Assembly (NCBI RefSeq): GCF_009834535.1
Contig: NC_045697.1
Coordinates: 109,618,001-109,682,000 of the forward strand
DNA length: 64,000 nt
Reading direction: 5' to 3'
Source of the DNA: Camelus ferus
Taxonomy: Eukaryota
Numbering within the stretch: the stretch's first letter is position 1; each line of letters begins with the position of its first letter. A model generated the notes under the pieces. That model was not told the DNA's origin. It saw only the letters and a program-made list of their open reading frames with translations, and did no database searches. The position numbers and the translations under genes are program-made. Shown here piece by piece: positions 29,420 through 43,418 of this stretch.

Positions 29420-31452
29420 GTTAGGGTTATCAGCTTAAAACAAACACTTATGTGAATAGGTCCATATAGGAACCTCATGAACCACAAACTGAAAGTGAAA
29501 AGGTGGAAAAAGATATTTCATGCAAATAGAAACTAAAAGAAAGCTAGAGTAGCAGCACACATATCAGACAAAATGACTTTAAAACAAAGACTAAAACAAA
29601 AGACAAAGAAGGGCATCACAAAATGATAAAAGGATCTATCCAAGACAAGGATATAACATTTGTGAATATTTATACACCCAACACAGGAGCACCTAAATAC
29701 ATAAAGCAAATATTAACAGGCATAAAGGGAGACTCTGATAGCCATATAGTAAAAGCAGGGGACTTTAATACTCCACTTACATCAACAGATAGATCATCCA
29801 GACGGAAAATCAATATGGAAAACACTGGCCTTAAATGATACATCAGATCAGATGTACTTAATGGGTATATATAGAAATTTGTATCCAACAACTGAAGAAT
29901 ACACATTCTTTTCAAATGCACAAGGAACATTCTCCAGGATATATCACATTCTAGGTCACAAAACCAGTGTCGGTAAACTTAAGAAAATAGAAGTCATATC
30001 AAGCATCTTTTTTGATCACAGCAGTATAAAAGTAGACATCAATACAAGAAGAAAACTGGAAAGACATAAACACATGGAGACTAGATAGCATGCTACTAAA
30101 CAGCCAACAGATCAACAAAGAAATCAAAGAGGAAATAAAAAAAATACTTGGAGACAAATGAAAATGGAAACACAAAGATCCAAAATTTGTGGGACTCAGC
30201 AAAATCAGCTTTAAGAGGGAAGTTCATAGCAATACATGCCTTCCTCAAGAAATAACAAAAAAATTTCAAATTAACAACCTAATTTTATACCTAAAGGAAC
30301 TAGAAAAAGAAGAACAGACAAAGCCCAAAGTTAGTAGAATGGAGATAATAAAGATGAAAGTGGAAGCAGAGACCTAAAAAATAGCAAAGAGCAACAAAAC
30401 TAAGAGCTGTTTCTTTGAAAAGATAAAAAAAATTGATGAACCTTCAGCCAGTCTCATCAAGAAAAATGAGAGGGCCCATATAAAATCAGAAATAAAAGAG
30501 AAGTTACAATGGATACCACAAACATACAAGCAATCATAAGAGACTACTACAAACAATTACATGCCATCAAGTTAGACAACCTAGAAGCAATGGACAACTG
30601 CTAGAAACATACAGTCTTCCAAGACTGAATCACGAAGAAATAGAAAATCTGACTAGATCAATTACTAGTATCAGTAATCAAAAACTTCCAAGGAAAGTCC
30701 AGGACCAGATGGCTTCACAGGGAGTTCTACCAAACATTTAAATAAGAGTTACTACTTATTCTTCTCAAACTATTTGAAAGAACTGAAGAGGAGGGAACAC
30801 TCCCAAACTCAATCTACAAGGCCAATATTACCCTGATACCCAAATGAGACAAAGACACTACAAAACAAGAGAAAATTACAGGCCAATATCCCTAATGAAC
30901 ATAGGGGCAAATATCCTCAACATCATGATCAAGTAGGATTTATTCCAGGGATGCAAGGATTGTCCCACATCCACAAATCAATGAATATGATACACCACAT
31001 GAACAAAACAAAGGATAAAAATCACATGATATCTCAACAGATTCAGAAAAAGGATCTGACAAAACTCAACATCCATTTATGATAAAATCTCTCAACAAAG
31101 AGGGTATAGAGGGAACATACCTCAACATAATAAAGACCATTTATAACAAACCAACAGCTAATGCCATACTCAATGGTGAAAAGCTGAACACTTCTCTTCT
31201 AGGATCAGGAACGAGACAAGGATGCAAACTCTTGCCACTTATTCAACATAGTATTGGAAGTCTGGGCCACAACAATTAGACAATACAAAGAAACAAGTCA
31301 TCCAAATTGCAAGGAAAGAAACACAACTGTCACTATTTGCAGATGATATGATACTCTATATAGAAAGTTCTAAAGACTCCAGCAAAAAACAACTAGAACC
31401 AATAAATGAATCCAGTCAACTTGCAGGATATAAAATTAATATACAAGAATAT
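29420..31452 (+). mobile_element. L1 inter-ORF/ORF2 (endonuclease to RT) segment, degraded
   Basis: ORF fragments IKGSIQDKDITFVNIYTPN...GDFNTPL, YTFFSNAQGTFSRIYHILGHK, SGTRQGC, and LFADDMILY (CTATTTGCAGATGATATGATACTCTAT ~31333). Confidence 0.95.
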
Positions 31453-31454
31453 GA

Positions 31455-32200
31455 GATTCTCTGTGGTTCCTGGATCTGAAAATCTTTCCTTCCCTAGGCT
31501 AGGGTATTTTTCAGTCATTATTTCTTCAAAGATGCTTTCTGCCCCTTTCTCTCTCTCTTCTCCATCGGGATTCCTGTGATATGAATGTTAGTAATGCTTG
31601 ATGTTGTCCCAGAGATCCCTTAATGTAACCTAATTTTTTTTTAATTCTTTTTTTTCTTTTTGTTGTTCTGATTATGTGATTTCCACTCTTCTATATTCCT
31701 GGTCACTGATCCATTCTTCTGTATCATCTAATCTGCTATTGATTCCCTCTAGTGTATCTTCCACTTCAGTTATTGTCTTCTCCAGCTCTGACTGGTTCTC
31801 TTTTATCTTTCCTAACTATTTGTTGAGGCTCTCACTGTGTTCCCTTCATTCTTCTCCCAAGGTTTGTGAAAATCTTTGTGACTGTCACTGAGCTCTTTAT
31901 CAAGTAAGAGACTTGTCTCTGTTTCATTATTTTTTTTTTCTGGAGTTCTATCTTGTTCTGTCCTTTTGAACAAATTCCTTTGTCTCGTTTTGTTTGACTT
32001 TTTGTGTTTATTTCCATGAATTAACGGCTACCTCCCAGTCTTGAAGGTGTGGTCTTGTATAGTGGTGCCCCTGTGTGCTGGGTGGCGTTGGCAGGCTAAC
32101 TGGGGCCCAAGTGGGCATGCACTGGGATTTTCCAGGGTGTGCTGTGGCCGAGTTGCCCTGCCTGGATGGCTGAAGTGGGTGTGAGCTGGGGCCAGGGCTA
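31455..32200 (-). mobile_element. L1 ORF1/5' region in opposite orientation to the adjacent ORF2 segment
   Basis: Antisense L1 ORF1 text (TTTTCAGTCATTATTTCTTCAAA...CTGCCCCTTTCTCTCTCTCTTCTCC; TCTAATCTGCTATTGATTCCCTCTAGTG). Confidence 0.8.
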
Positions 32201-35060
32201 TTTAAAAGACATTCTGCTTCACTGAATTCTAGTCAGAAGGGATCTTGTGAAACATTATGGTTTAAATGGGGGGGTTTATGGGCTTGCCTGGTAAATGATT
32301 TGTCATTTACATTATTTCTATGGTGAAACACTTTCCCCACTTCAGGCTACTGACATACAAGGGTTATCTAGACAGCACCTCCCCCTGTGGGTGTAATCCT
32401 GCCTTGTGGGAGGGGTCTGCCATGGGGAGTTACATGGAGCAGGAAACTCACACGGGCTGCACAAGGTGTCTCAAATCGCCATAAGGCCATGTCATCTCCA
32501 AAGGGGGTCAGAGAAGGCCTTTGGGTTCTTTCTGCCACAGTGACTCCTTGGGCCATTGGTCCTAATGATTGGCCAGTGCTGAGCGCTGTGAACCATTGTT
32601 CAGTGCAGTGACATAAAGGCAGAGGTCAGTGTGCTAAAAAGTGGTGGCTCTGAGGTCTCCCTCCAACCCTGGCAACACCGGCCCACACTGGAGTGCTGAC
32701 CTTGAACTCCACACATACTCTCTGCATGGAGGGGTCCCTCTCAAGGTTGCTCCAGCATCAGAGGTGTGTCTGACTAATAATGGTTTAAACTGCAGGGTTT
32801 CTCTGTGCAAAGCAGTTTGTTGATGTAATTAAGCCACAGCACACTGTTGGGGGCAGGGGCTTTGCCTTCCAGTCTGTGGCTTGATGCTGGGCTCCCTTGC
32901 TTACGGCTTGTGCGACCTTGGCCACCCTACTTAGGACGTCTTCCTATGATTGTCTCCTTTATGGAGTGAGGAGGGTAACGCCAGCTCCTAAAGCAGTCCT
33001 GAAGATTAGATGAAAAAATGTATTAATGTTTAAAAGGCCTGACACATTCACTGCTCAATATGTCATCTCACTGTTACGGATGCTGTGTCTTCCATATCTG
33101 CCCCTCCTTCCCAAACCTTCCTGCTTATTGATGGTGTGAGTTTGTAGAGCCCTAGAGGCCAGAACTTCCTTGCTACTCAGATGACACTGGGCGGCAGATA
33201 CGCCAGATTAGAAATTGTGCCTGTGCTTCAGAGCAGCCTCCCCAAAGGGAAGTTGGCTTGGGGTTGGAATTGATGTGATCAATCCCAGCTCTTTGTGGCT
33301 GGCCTGTGGCCTGCTTTTGAGCCTGGATATTGTTGACAGTCAACCCGACTGCAGTAGAGAGGAAACCCACTTCCCATTCTCAGTTACTGTCTCCCACAGA
33401 GGGGTCTTGGTCCAGTCTGCGAGAGGAACAGCCAGTGTTTAAACTGCGCTGGTCTCGGAGACGGCTCCTCTTGGGTCTGCCAGATTCTACACCCTGCTAG
33501 TTTGCTCCTACCAGCTTTCCTCCCTCGTCGTGACATCCTCCACTTCCCAATGGAAAGTAGCTAAGATGTGACTTACCAATAAGATGATGATTAAGCAAAG
33601 ATATACAAAGTCCTTAGGGCGTACTGCCTCTCATAAACAGGAACTTCCTTATCCAGACTGCTTTTCTAGAAGAAATGGAGCCCCGATGAGCCTCTCCCAT
33701 TGTTACCTCTTAAATAGTAGCAGTGTCTTGGCTCTCACACTGTGCCAGGCTCAGAGCAGCACAGGCAGGAAGGACCTGAGGTGGGAGCACTGAGAACACG
33801 AGAAGCAGAGGGCATGAGACCCTGGCCACCTGAGACGGAGGAGCCATGATGTGTCAGGAGGCAGCATTTGGGTATTCTGGGGAATGGAGTTCCTCTTCAC
33901 GGGCACAGAAATACTGTGTTTAGCTTAGGTAATTCATTATACAGTAGGAAAGTGAACCGTTTTCACTGAAATAGAATATGGATTACATCCAGGGGATGAA
34001 AACAAGTGCATTTCAATTCATCCAAAACTTAGATCGCTCTCACAGTCTTAAGTAACTGACAGCATTTTGTAAGAAGGAGAAGGGGTACCATATGCCCATT
34101 TACTGAGGAGTAAACCAGGCCCTACAAAGGCTGTATAAAACCCCAAACTGGCCAGTTTAGAAAGTCTCCTAAAATCACCCTAAAGCTCTTGCCTAAGTGG
34201 TGTTAAATTAAAATACTCATAAGCTTGAATTCATTTATTTGAATGTCACTCTTTCTCATCACATGTATTTGATTTCTCTCGCTGAACAGATTTTCCTTCT
34301 CTAAAGTAGAAGAAACAGTTGATGTTTGTCTCTCCCATTTTTCTAGAGGATTAGAAACAAACATCCCAATGGCTAAATAATCATAAAACTATTTCACAGA
34401 GCTTAGAATTTACTCTCCATCATAGATCAAAACTTGACATTGTCTAACATGCATTTAACGCTCCATATTTTCTCTTTAGCTCATCAGTTTCATGTGGATT
34501 GGATTCAGATCTAGTCTCCAGAACCAGGAGAATAAGAACAAACTTGTGGACACTTTATGAGATTATAAGCACTTTGGAAAGATTTGTGGATGATCTGATG
34601 GAATTACATAAATTTCAAGAGGTTGGCAATGGTAATTAAAGTGAGCATTGGAATATTAAAACCACATTTATTCTGAAAGTAATAAGTTGTCCATTACTCA
34701 TGATTTATCAGACATAAAATACATACCTCATTGTTAGAAGTACAAACTTCTGACTCTTGCTTTATTATAAAACGCGTGTGACTCGACTTAGAGTGGGATC
34801 GCATAAAATGCTGAGCTCAAAGATTAATGTGCAAATACTGCTCCAGAGAATTTAAACAATAGTTTCACTTCTCTTTCTCCTGGCCTTCACAAGCTAGTAT
34901 CTGAAGTCATAGATTTTACAGGCATGTCTGAATCACCGTTAAATGTTCTCTGTGAACTCACAGCAGTATAGCTGATCTCTCACCAGTTTTGCTCTTAAGG
35001 GTCAAAGGAGTGTCACACCCTCCTCTCCATCAGGAAAATGGGAACTAAATATAATTTTTA

Positions 35061-35270
<210 letters not shown>

Positions 35271-38200
35271 TCAGAGAGATGAACAGAAAGTCTCCTTCAA
35301 TGACTGAGGGTCTAGATGGCACACCTACTAGTAAACAATTCAGAAGCTACGCTGGGGGAAGCCACCTTCACAATCCTGTCTGGAACATGCAACTGGCTCC
35401 CCACCCAACTGCAAGCTGTTCTGTGCATGCGTAGCTATGGAGCGGGTCGGCGTCATTATCTGGACACTCGGGTGGGAAGTAATCCAAAACACCCATCTTC
35501 CATCACCTCCTTCCTCTGGATACTTCAGATGAAAGCAACTTTAGGCTGCAATAGCAATGTGATTATGGACTAACGAGCCTCACTTGAGTTGTTAAAATTG
35601 GGGACCGCAGTGCCTGCTTCCCTGGGCTGACCGAGGTGGGGAACAAGTGAGATCACAGCTGGGAAAGCGCTCTGGAAACAGTACTGGATGCCAAGGGGCT
35701 GTTGTTACTATCCCGGCACGTGTGCAAATCACGGTGACAGGCAAAGGCAGAAGTGGAGTCAGAGCAGCATCTGGGAGGTCTCCTGCCCACTGTCCCAGCG
35801 CACTCCTCAGCGTTAAGCCTCTTATCCCAGCTGTGGAGTTATCTTGCTCCTGATGATCAGATCTGCAACCCACCGGTTTGCTTCTGGTCTTTTCTCTCCA
35901 ATTACTGGTGCCTTTTCCAAGCAGCCCAAGTTGTAGATTAGACCCTTTCCTGTCCCTCTGTGCATCACCCCTTGTGGCCTGTACCACTGACATGAGTCCA
36001 GGTAGCCTTCAGAGGGTCCTTTAAGTTGTCTGGCCTCAATCCCACATGGCAGGAAGCAGGACAGACTGCGCTGATGGGCTGTGGGTCAATGACTTGATAC
36101 AGTTGCCATAGTGACACTTCTACTCTATAGATCAGGCCTAATACCAGCTATTCACCAACTTGTAAAAAGCAGATAGGTTGAAATAATAGCAATAACCTTT
36201 GGACTTTTATGTTTTATCACATTTGGACTGACCACCTATATTTGCTCAGCACCAGTATACAAGGGGGATGGCAAAGAGGTTTTGTCTCAGGTGTGGACTT
36301 TAATTGGTCATGGCACCTGGCAATGCTCTATTGAGGAAGATTCTGAGCCTGGGTTCTGGTTTATCGATAAAGAGTATCATGATCAATTAATTATGTCTGC
36401 CAGTGATGTGGAAAGAGCTTTCAAAGCATGTGTGTCACAGGTTTATCACCTGAGTATAAAAAAGACATGTCATTTGCTAACTTGCTTCATCTTGGTGATA
36501 AAAGGAGGTGATTTAGACAAAAGAGTCTACTTTAAAAAAGTTTTTGGATCCTTTAATAAGAACTTGGAGATAATAGTCTCAAAGTCAATAACTGAAATTA
36601 TTTGATAGAACTTCAAAGTGTAAATGAAAAAGGCCAGGCCACAGTCATTCTTCTTTCCATGTCAAACGAGAAGATACATTTTCCCAGGCTTTTCATTCTT
36701 TTTATTTCTTCATCCCCATGAATGGCCTGGATCTGAAGTCTTCTTAGGGTGGCTCTAAATCTCCTCTCAGGGAACACGACAGCTGTTATGATACGTATGC
36801 ATTCAGACAAAGATACACACAGAGTAAATCTGAAGTAACTATTTGGAGAGTTTGGGAAAAAAATATCCTATCACCTACTTTTTTGGTTTTTAAATTTCAA
36901 GCAGTACTTCCACAGAAGAATAAATATTCTTTACTCCTGCCTGGATTCGTCAGATCATTGCTTTAATCTTCTGTACTGCTTTGTGGGGGTGGTCAAATGT
37001 AATGAATGAGTTTGCACCTTTATTTCTGAAATTGAGATAAATGTGTATATATCCAAATAGGAAAAACAAGCTTTACTTGAGGGAGCAGAATAGTTTCTCA
37101 TGAGGGCCAGAAACCACAGGCTAGATAACCAGGACTCATGCCCAGTTTCCTTTAGCACTCAGCATCAGAACCGTGACTCTGCTGTGGATAATAAGAGTGT
37201 GTAGCCTCTTAAAAAATTCTCCTCAGTATTTTGGTCATTCATTTCCTCTAGCTCATCATGGAGATGGTTATAGAGGATAAATGATAGATTCTGGCTTCTT
37301 TTGTTCATTACTTCTGATATGAAAGAAGGAAATGGACATAAACTCCATCTTTCAAAATCTGATCATCTGTCATTTGCATTTTTCATCCTTTTGTTTTAAG
37401 AATTTGATTCAGTTTTACATTTACCCCATAAAAGCTGATTTTTTTGAAAAATAAAAAGATTTAGTTCATTTTAATTTAGTGAAATGACCATCCTCTTATA
37501 TTTTATACTTTAGATTATAAGCCAAAGTTTAGAAGACTAATCCATTTCCTCTAATCGGTGGAGGTACACTTTACTGTAGTTTGAAGCGATGATTGGTTTT
37601 TTGTAAAACTAGTTCTCTCCCTGTAGATCTATAATTGCAACCCATTTCTAGAAGATGCCAAATTTCTCTTACTTGATGCCTGGCTTTCATTAACAGTACA
37701 TAACAATGTTCAAATGTATAGACATGCTACTTTTAAAAAATAGGCCTTGGAGATCAGAAATAAAGGAAAGTTAAAAAAAAAAAAGGTCCCTATACTGTGT
37801 TGTATATGCAAATATTTAATTTCTTAACTATCTGTAAAATGTGTACTCAATGTCGTATTTTCTCAACATGCCAGGGGAAAGGTCAGAAATTCACATTATG
37901 AATTCAATAATTGTATGGGAAGTCATTTTGAAATGAGGGCCACATTTCAGAGCAATTTAAAAGATTCTTTATCAATTTCCAGAGCAGTTAAAACTTCTCA
38001 TTTTTAATAGTAACTGCCACATATGAAATGCAGGAATGTTGTTCCTCATAAATAAACACATGAAATATGTGAAATGGAGCTGCAAGCTTGCGGAGGAGAA
38101 AGGTTGGCAGCTGGGACACATTAATGATGCCAGAGGGGTCACCATCTGGGCATGTGCGGATAAAACACATCTGCATTCCTGGCGGAGGGCAGCCCGTGCA

Positions 38201-39999
38201 TCTGGATCACATCACCCCAGCCTCCCCACCCACATATCGTGGCAGGAGGAATTTCATGACAAACACAATGCTGCCCAAAGGTACCATGTTTGTTCTTGGG
38301 GCCAGGCACATGATGAATCTGAGAAGAACTGCTAATCAAGGCAAAACAAAGATATCTCTTCATTTGTCTAATTGTACAGAATGATGAATGGGTCACACCG
38401 AGCGAAAGAAAGAAAAAAAGGAGAGAGAAAGAAAGTTATGTGATGCCCATTCTCTTTGCACTGCAAATCCCCAACTTGCCTGCAACCATTGGCGAGTGTG
38501 TCTGTGTGTATTTGTGTGGGTGGGCACAAAGGGAGATGCTCAAAGGTAAGCAGAAAATTATCCTGAGAATAAATGACTCCAGAAAATATTGCTGCTATCC
38601 GTGCAAAGTCAGTAAACGGAAGTGTGGACAATTCGAACAAGTAAAAGTACAGAATCCTGGCATATGAAGGGCTCTTAGAAATTCACTTGGTCCATATTTC
38701 TATTCCATTCAATTTAGACTGTTGATTCTGCCATGGTATGTGTGGATGTAGGTATGCAACTTTGTATGTATTTGTGTCTTGCCCCATTTTAAAAAGACTC
38801 AATAGATGCTTTATTGGTACAGCAATATGTGCTAGTGTTTTACAGCTATTAATAGGCAGGAAGTTTGATTTAAATAGAGCAATGTTTCAACTTGCGGCAA
38901 ATTATTTGCTTGTGTATTGATGCAAGTCAACAGTGTGTGTGTGAAGTCCAATTTCTGTGTATGTATCATCAGGCTTTCTATTGATTTGAAGGACAGTAGA
39001 AGGGTTGTTTTTTGGTGCCCCCTCCCTCATTTCCTGCAGATACGAAAAGTAGGAAACATAAAAGAAGGTGGAGAGGACGGTGTTGAATGAAGTTATATTT
39101 TTAATTAAATGCGGTTAAAAGCATTTGGAAATAATTTAACGTTGAGGCTTTGCCCATGTCTACACCATATCAACTTATATTTCCAGCTGATAGTCAGCTG
39201 GAAAGAGAAAAATTCAAATGTCCAGATGCTCAGTCTCTGTTGCACTAAAACTGTTACTATGTGTTTGGAAACATCCAGGTATTTGGCAGTATCTCAAACA
39301 AAACATAAAAAATTTTCCACTTTCTACCCACACTTTTGGGCATCCCTTGGGAGCAGTTAATGTTATATTTTTAAACTTTATTTTCATAGTCACCTGTTTC
39401 TTTTGCTTTAGGTATTTTAGATGAACTGCCCTGATGTACACAGCTCCTGTACACAGTACACAGGAACTGTCTAGATGAACGAGCTTCAGAAGATAGACAA
39501 ATTTGTTAAAAGCTCTAACTGAAAAAGTTCTGAGCTTTTTGGAGTAGTCTGTCATCTCTGAAGTCCATGGTCCAAATTATGCATGAAATAACGTGAAAGT
39601 AATAAGACTTCATGTATAATAAACAATAACTTCAGGGTACAAACATTATATGTAAATAATAATACCTTCAGTATACAAAGCTGTTTACACATATTATTAC
39701 ATGTACACTTCCTACTTTTTTTCATAACTCCCCTACCTTTTGTATCTGTAAATTCCCACCTCCACCATTGATCATTGATTTATTTAGTTGTTCCATCCCA
39801 GCATGACATATATAGTGGTTGCAAAATTGTTAACCCAGATCACTGTAAGAAACAACCTTATCAACTCGGGTACAGTGGTCACGTGCAGTTCCCACTGCCT
39901 TCGTCTTACAGACGTTGCTCATTTCCAAAGGTACCTGGAACAGTCCCTGCCCCCAAATTCCCTTCCATGAGGTTGTTTCAGATACTTGTAACTCCATTT

Positions 40000-42540
40000 T
40001 ATAATTCCGTTTTCTCTCTTCTCTTAGTATATCTATCTACTGCATCTCTTTTAAAAATTGCCTAAGTGGTTGCCCTAGAGTTCGCAACACACATTTATGA
40101 CAAATCCCAGTGCACTCTCAAATTACATTACACTGCTTCACTAGTTGTAAGAAAGCTTATGACAGGGTAATTCCAAGTCCTCCCTCTTATGTCTCATAAC
40201 ATTGCTGTCATTCATTTCCCTTATCCAGATACTAGGACACCCAATGCATTGTTACCATTACTACACTGAGCCAAATAGTTATCATTAGATAAATCAAGAA
40301 TAAGAAATACAATATTTTATTTTTGCCTTCATTTATTCCTTTTCCGACACTCTTCCTTTTTTTATGTAGATCTGAGTTTCTGACCTATGTCATTTTTCCT
40401 TCTTGCTGAATAACTTTGAACAGTTTTTGCAGGTTATGTCTACTGACAATCATTTCCTTCATTTTCTGTTTGTCTGATAAAGTATTTATTTCTCTTTCAC
40501 TTTTAAAGGATAATTTCTCTGCATATAGAATTCTCGATTGGTGGTTTTTTTTGTTGTTGTTGTTCAATACTCTAAATATTGTACTCTATTTTTTTTTGCA
40601 TGTATGGCTTGTGAAGAAAAATCTGATGTAATTCTTATTCTTGTTCCTTAATAGGCAGGGAATAAGAAACTTCTGGCTGCTTTTAAGATTTCCTTTTGCC
40701 TTTGGCTTTCTGCAGTGCAACTTTACTATGCCATGGTATGGATTTCTTCCTTTTTTTTTTTTTTTAACATTTTTTATTGATTTATAATAATTTTACAATA
40801 TTGTGTGGATTTCTTGATATTCGTCCTGCTTCTTCTCTGAGTTTCTTAGGTTTGTGGTTTGGTGTCTGTCATTAAATTTAAAAAATTCATAGCCATTATT
40901 ACTTCAAATGTTTCTTCAGCTTCATTATATTTCTTTCTTCTCCTTTCGGTATTCCAATATGTTTGTGGCACCTTTTGGAATTATTCCACAATTCTCAGAT
41001 ATTCTGATTTTTTTTCTTTTCATTCCCCCTTTTATTTTCTCTGCATCTTAATTTGGGAAGTTTCCAGTGATATTCTCCTCAAGCTCACTGATTCTTTCTT
41101 CAGCCTTGCCCAGTCTGTTGATGAGCCCATCAAAAGCATTCTTCATTTCTGTTACGTTTTTTTTTTCTCCCCTAGCATTGCTTTTAGTTTTGCCCTTGGA
41201 GTTTCCACCCCTTTGTTTACATTACCCATCTCTTCTTCCTTAGCATCTTAACCACAGTTATTTTAAATTCCTGGTTTTGATATTTACTTTGTCTCTTCAG
41301 ACTGTGGTTTTTTTTTTTTTTTTTTTTTTTTTTTATCTCTTTTTAGTACGTCTTGTAATTTTTGGTTGAAAGGCAGGCATAATGTTTTGGGTAATGAGAA
41401 CTGAAGTTCTTCTTTGGGTAACAGAACTTTTACTGTGAGGTTTTGTGCTAATTTGGCCAAGAGTTGAGCTGTGTTTGATGTTTGCTATGTGTCAGAGGTC
41501 TCTCATTTCCATTGGTAGACTTGTTTGTGTCTCCGTTTTTGCCTTTAGGTTCCCCTAAAAAGCTCATTCTTGTGTAGCCTGCCACGTTTTCATCTGTAAT
41601 CACCTGTTACACTGGACACTTAATGATGCGGTGATAAGGTAGGGGCAGTGCGAGTGTTCCATCATTTTGTGACCAAGTCTTGGTCTTCTTCTTTTTTTTT
41701 TTAAAATGTAATAGATTTATTTTATGACATTGAAAATAGTTTTTAAAAAATTTTTTTTGGGGGGAGGTAATATGTTCATTTATTTATTATTATTATTTTT
41801 GGATGGAGGCACTGGGGATTGAACCCAGGACCTTGGGCGTGCTGAACGCTGCACTCTACCGCTGAGCTACACCCTCCCCATAAGTCCTGCTCTTTCAGTT
41901 CGTTCTTCCCTTGTACTATGACCCTCCCAAGTGGTTCTGAACTTTCTGTTTTCCCCTCAGGTGAGACAGGAAGGCTAGAGGGGGCTGAAGGTGTGCAATT
42001 TCCCTTTCTCCACATTTGATGAAGCCCTGATAAAAGCTTTTCCCCTGCTGTGTATGTCTTTGTTATGGTGAACACTTCAGATCTAAATGATAAACTCTTC
42101 CTCTAATCCTGTCAGAAACACAAGGGTTTTTCTTGGCTGTTTACCATGAGAAGAACTGGTGGAATTCCTGGAGGTGAAACCTACAAAAACACGTGGGGGC
42201 CCCTAAGACTGTGGCCCCCAGCAGTTTCTCACTCTCATGCTAGTCTGAACTCCACTTCCAGCAGTTCTCCCAAGTTTCTTCCAACTTCCCCATTAAATGC
42301 TTCCTGCAGTGTATGATTTTGGCAGCTTCTGCTCCCAATAAGCAGAGCTTGGTTATGACTCCCTGCATTCATCTGTGCTTCCAGACTTTGGGGATGGTGG
42401 TTTTTCCTGTGACCTCAATTCTCTGAGAGGGCCAAGAAAAGTCACTGACATTCAGTTTGCTCAGCTTTTTTTCTCATAATATGGGAGTGATGACTTTCAA
42501 GCTTTTAACATATCAGAGCTGAAACCAGAAGTCCTTTCTA
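40000..42540 (-). mobile_element. Old L1 5'/ORF1 region carrying younger insertions
   Basis: ORF 40385-40567 (QSRILYAEKLSFKSEREINTLSDKQKMKE) is the L1 ORF1 C-terminus. A short young L1 tail (~40750-40810) has flanking TGGATTTCTT repeats. Confidence 0.75.
41750..41879 (-). mobile_element. tRNA-derived SINE (Vic-1-like)
   Basis: Reverse-complement SINE consensus ending GAGCTACACCCTCCCC. Confidence 0.85.
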
Positions 42541-43259
42541 CCTTAAAAAAACTCATCATTTAAAAAATCAGGAAACTGAGGCTCACTGTAGTAAAATGTA
42601 GTAACTCCTGAGCCAGTTCTCGTCTCTTCACCAGCCTGCCTCTTGTTCCTGTTAACCCATCTCACAAAAGCAGCCTGGGGAACACTCCCAGACAAAGCAG
42701 ATGGCAGAGCAGGAGGGTGTGGCAAGGCGGGATAGACAGGTGTAATGCTTGGAGAAAACAGTACATCAAAATCTCCTAATGGAGAGTGTAGATTAATGGG
42801 GGGCACATTCACTTTAGCTTTACAGAAGCATTCAGAAAGGGATTCTTTTATTGGTAAACTGCTTTAACAGTGTATGATTAAATTTGCACACATGTTTTAC
42901 ACAAACAATATCTCTTGAATGCATTCAGAATCAACTAATGGTACTGAGCGCTCACTGTGTACCTAGAAATTCTCACAGGACAATGTTCCGAATCACGAGA
43001 AGTTTGGGGGTAGGTTTCTATCTGCTGTGCTTGCGTTTTGCAGGTAAGGAAGCCACAGTTCAGAGATACTGAAGGAGCGTATCCCTGATATGAGAGAAAA
43101 TAACTAGTGAGGTTGGATTCTCGTCTCTTCTTTGCAACTAACTAGTTATATGACTTTGACCAAGTTATTTAATCTCTCTGAACTATATTTCACAATGGAA
43201 ATAAAAAATAATTACCTCCCAGGGTAACTTAGATAATGTACCAAAATCACTTATCATGA

Positions 43260-43418
43260 GTGTAATAATACATAATAGTCATTTATATATCAATTCATAT
43301 ATAGTATTTCATATTAAATATATTATTATAGTAATGTAATAATATTATTATGGAGTAACTATTATTATAGTAATTATAATTAATATGTTATATATAATAA
43401 TATATTATTAATATATTG
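43260..43418. repeat. AT-rich low-complexity (TAA/ATT-like) tract
   Basis: Nearly pure A/T degenerate repeat following MIR remnants (~42930-43260). Confidence 0.8.

Noticed and set aside
29420..31452. Functional reverse transcriptase
   Set aside because: Fragmented L1 ORF2 with many stops, frameshifts and internal deletions.
34765..34800. Possible displaced right end of Tigger1 (CGTGTGACTCG)
   Set aside because: Only a short match; no TIR or flanking consensus follows.
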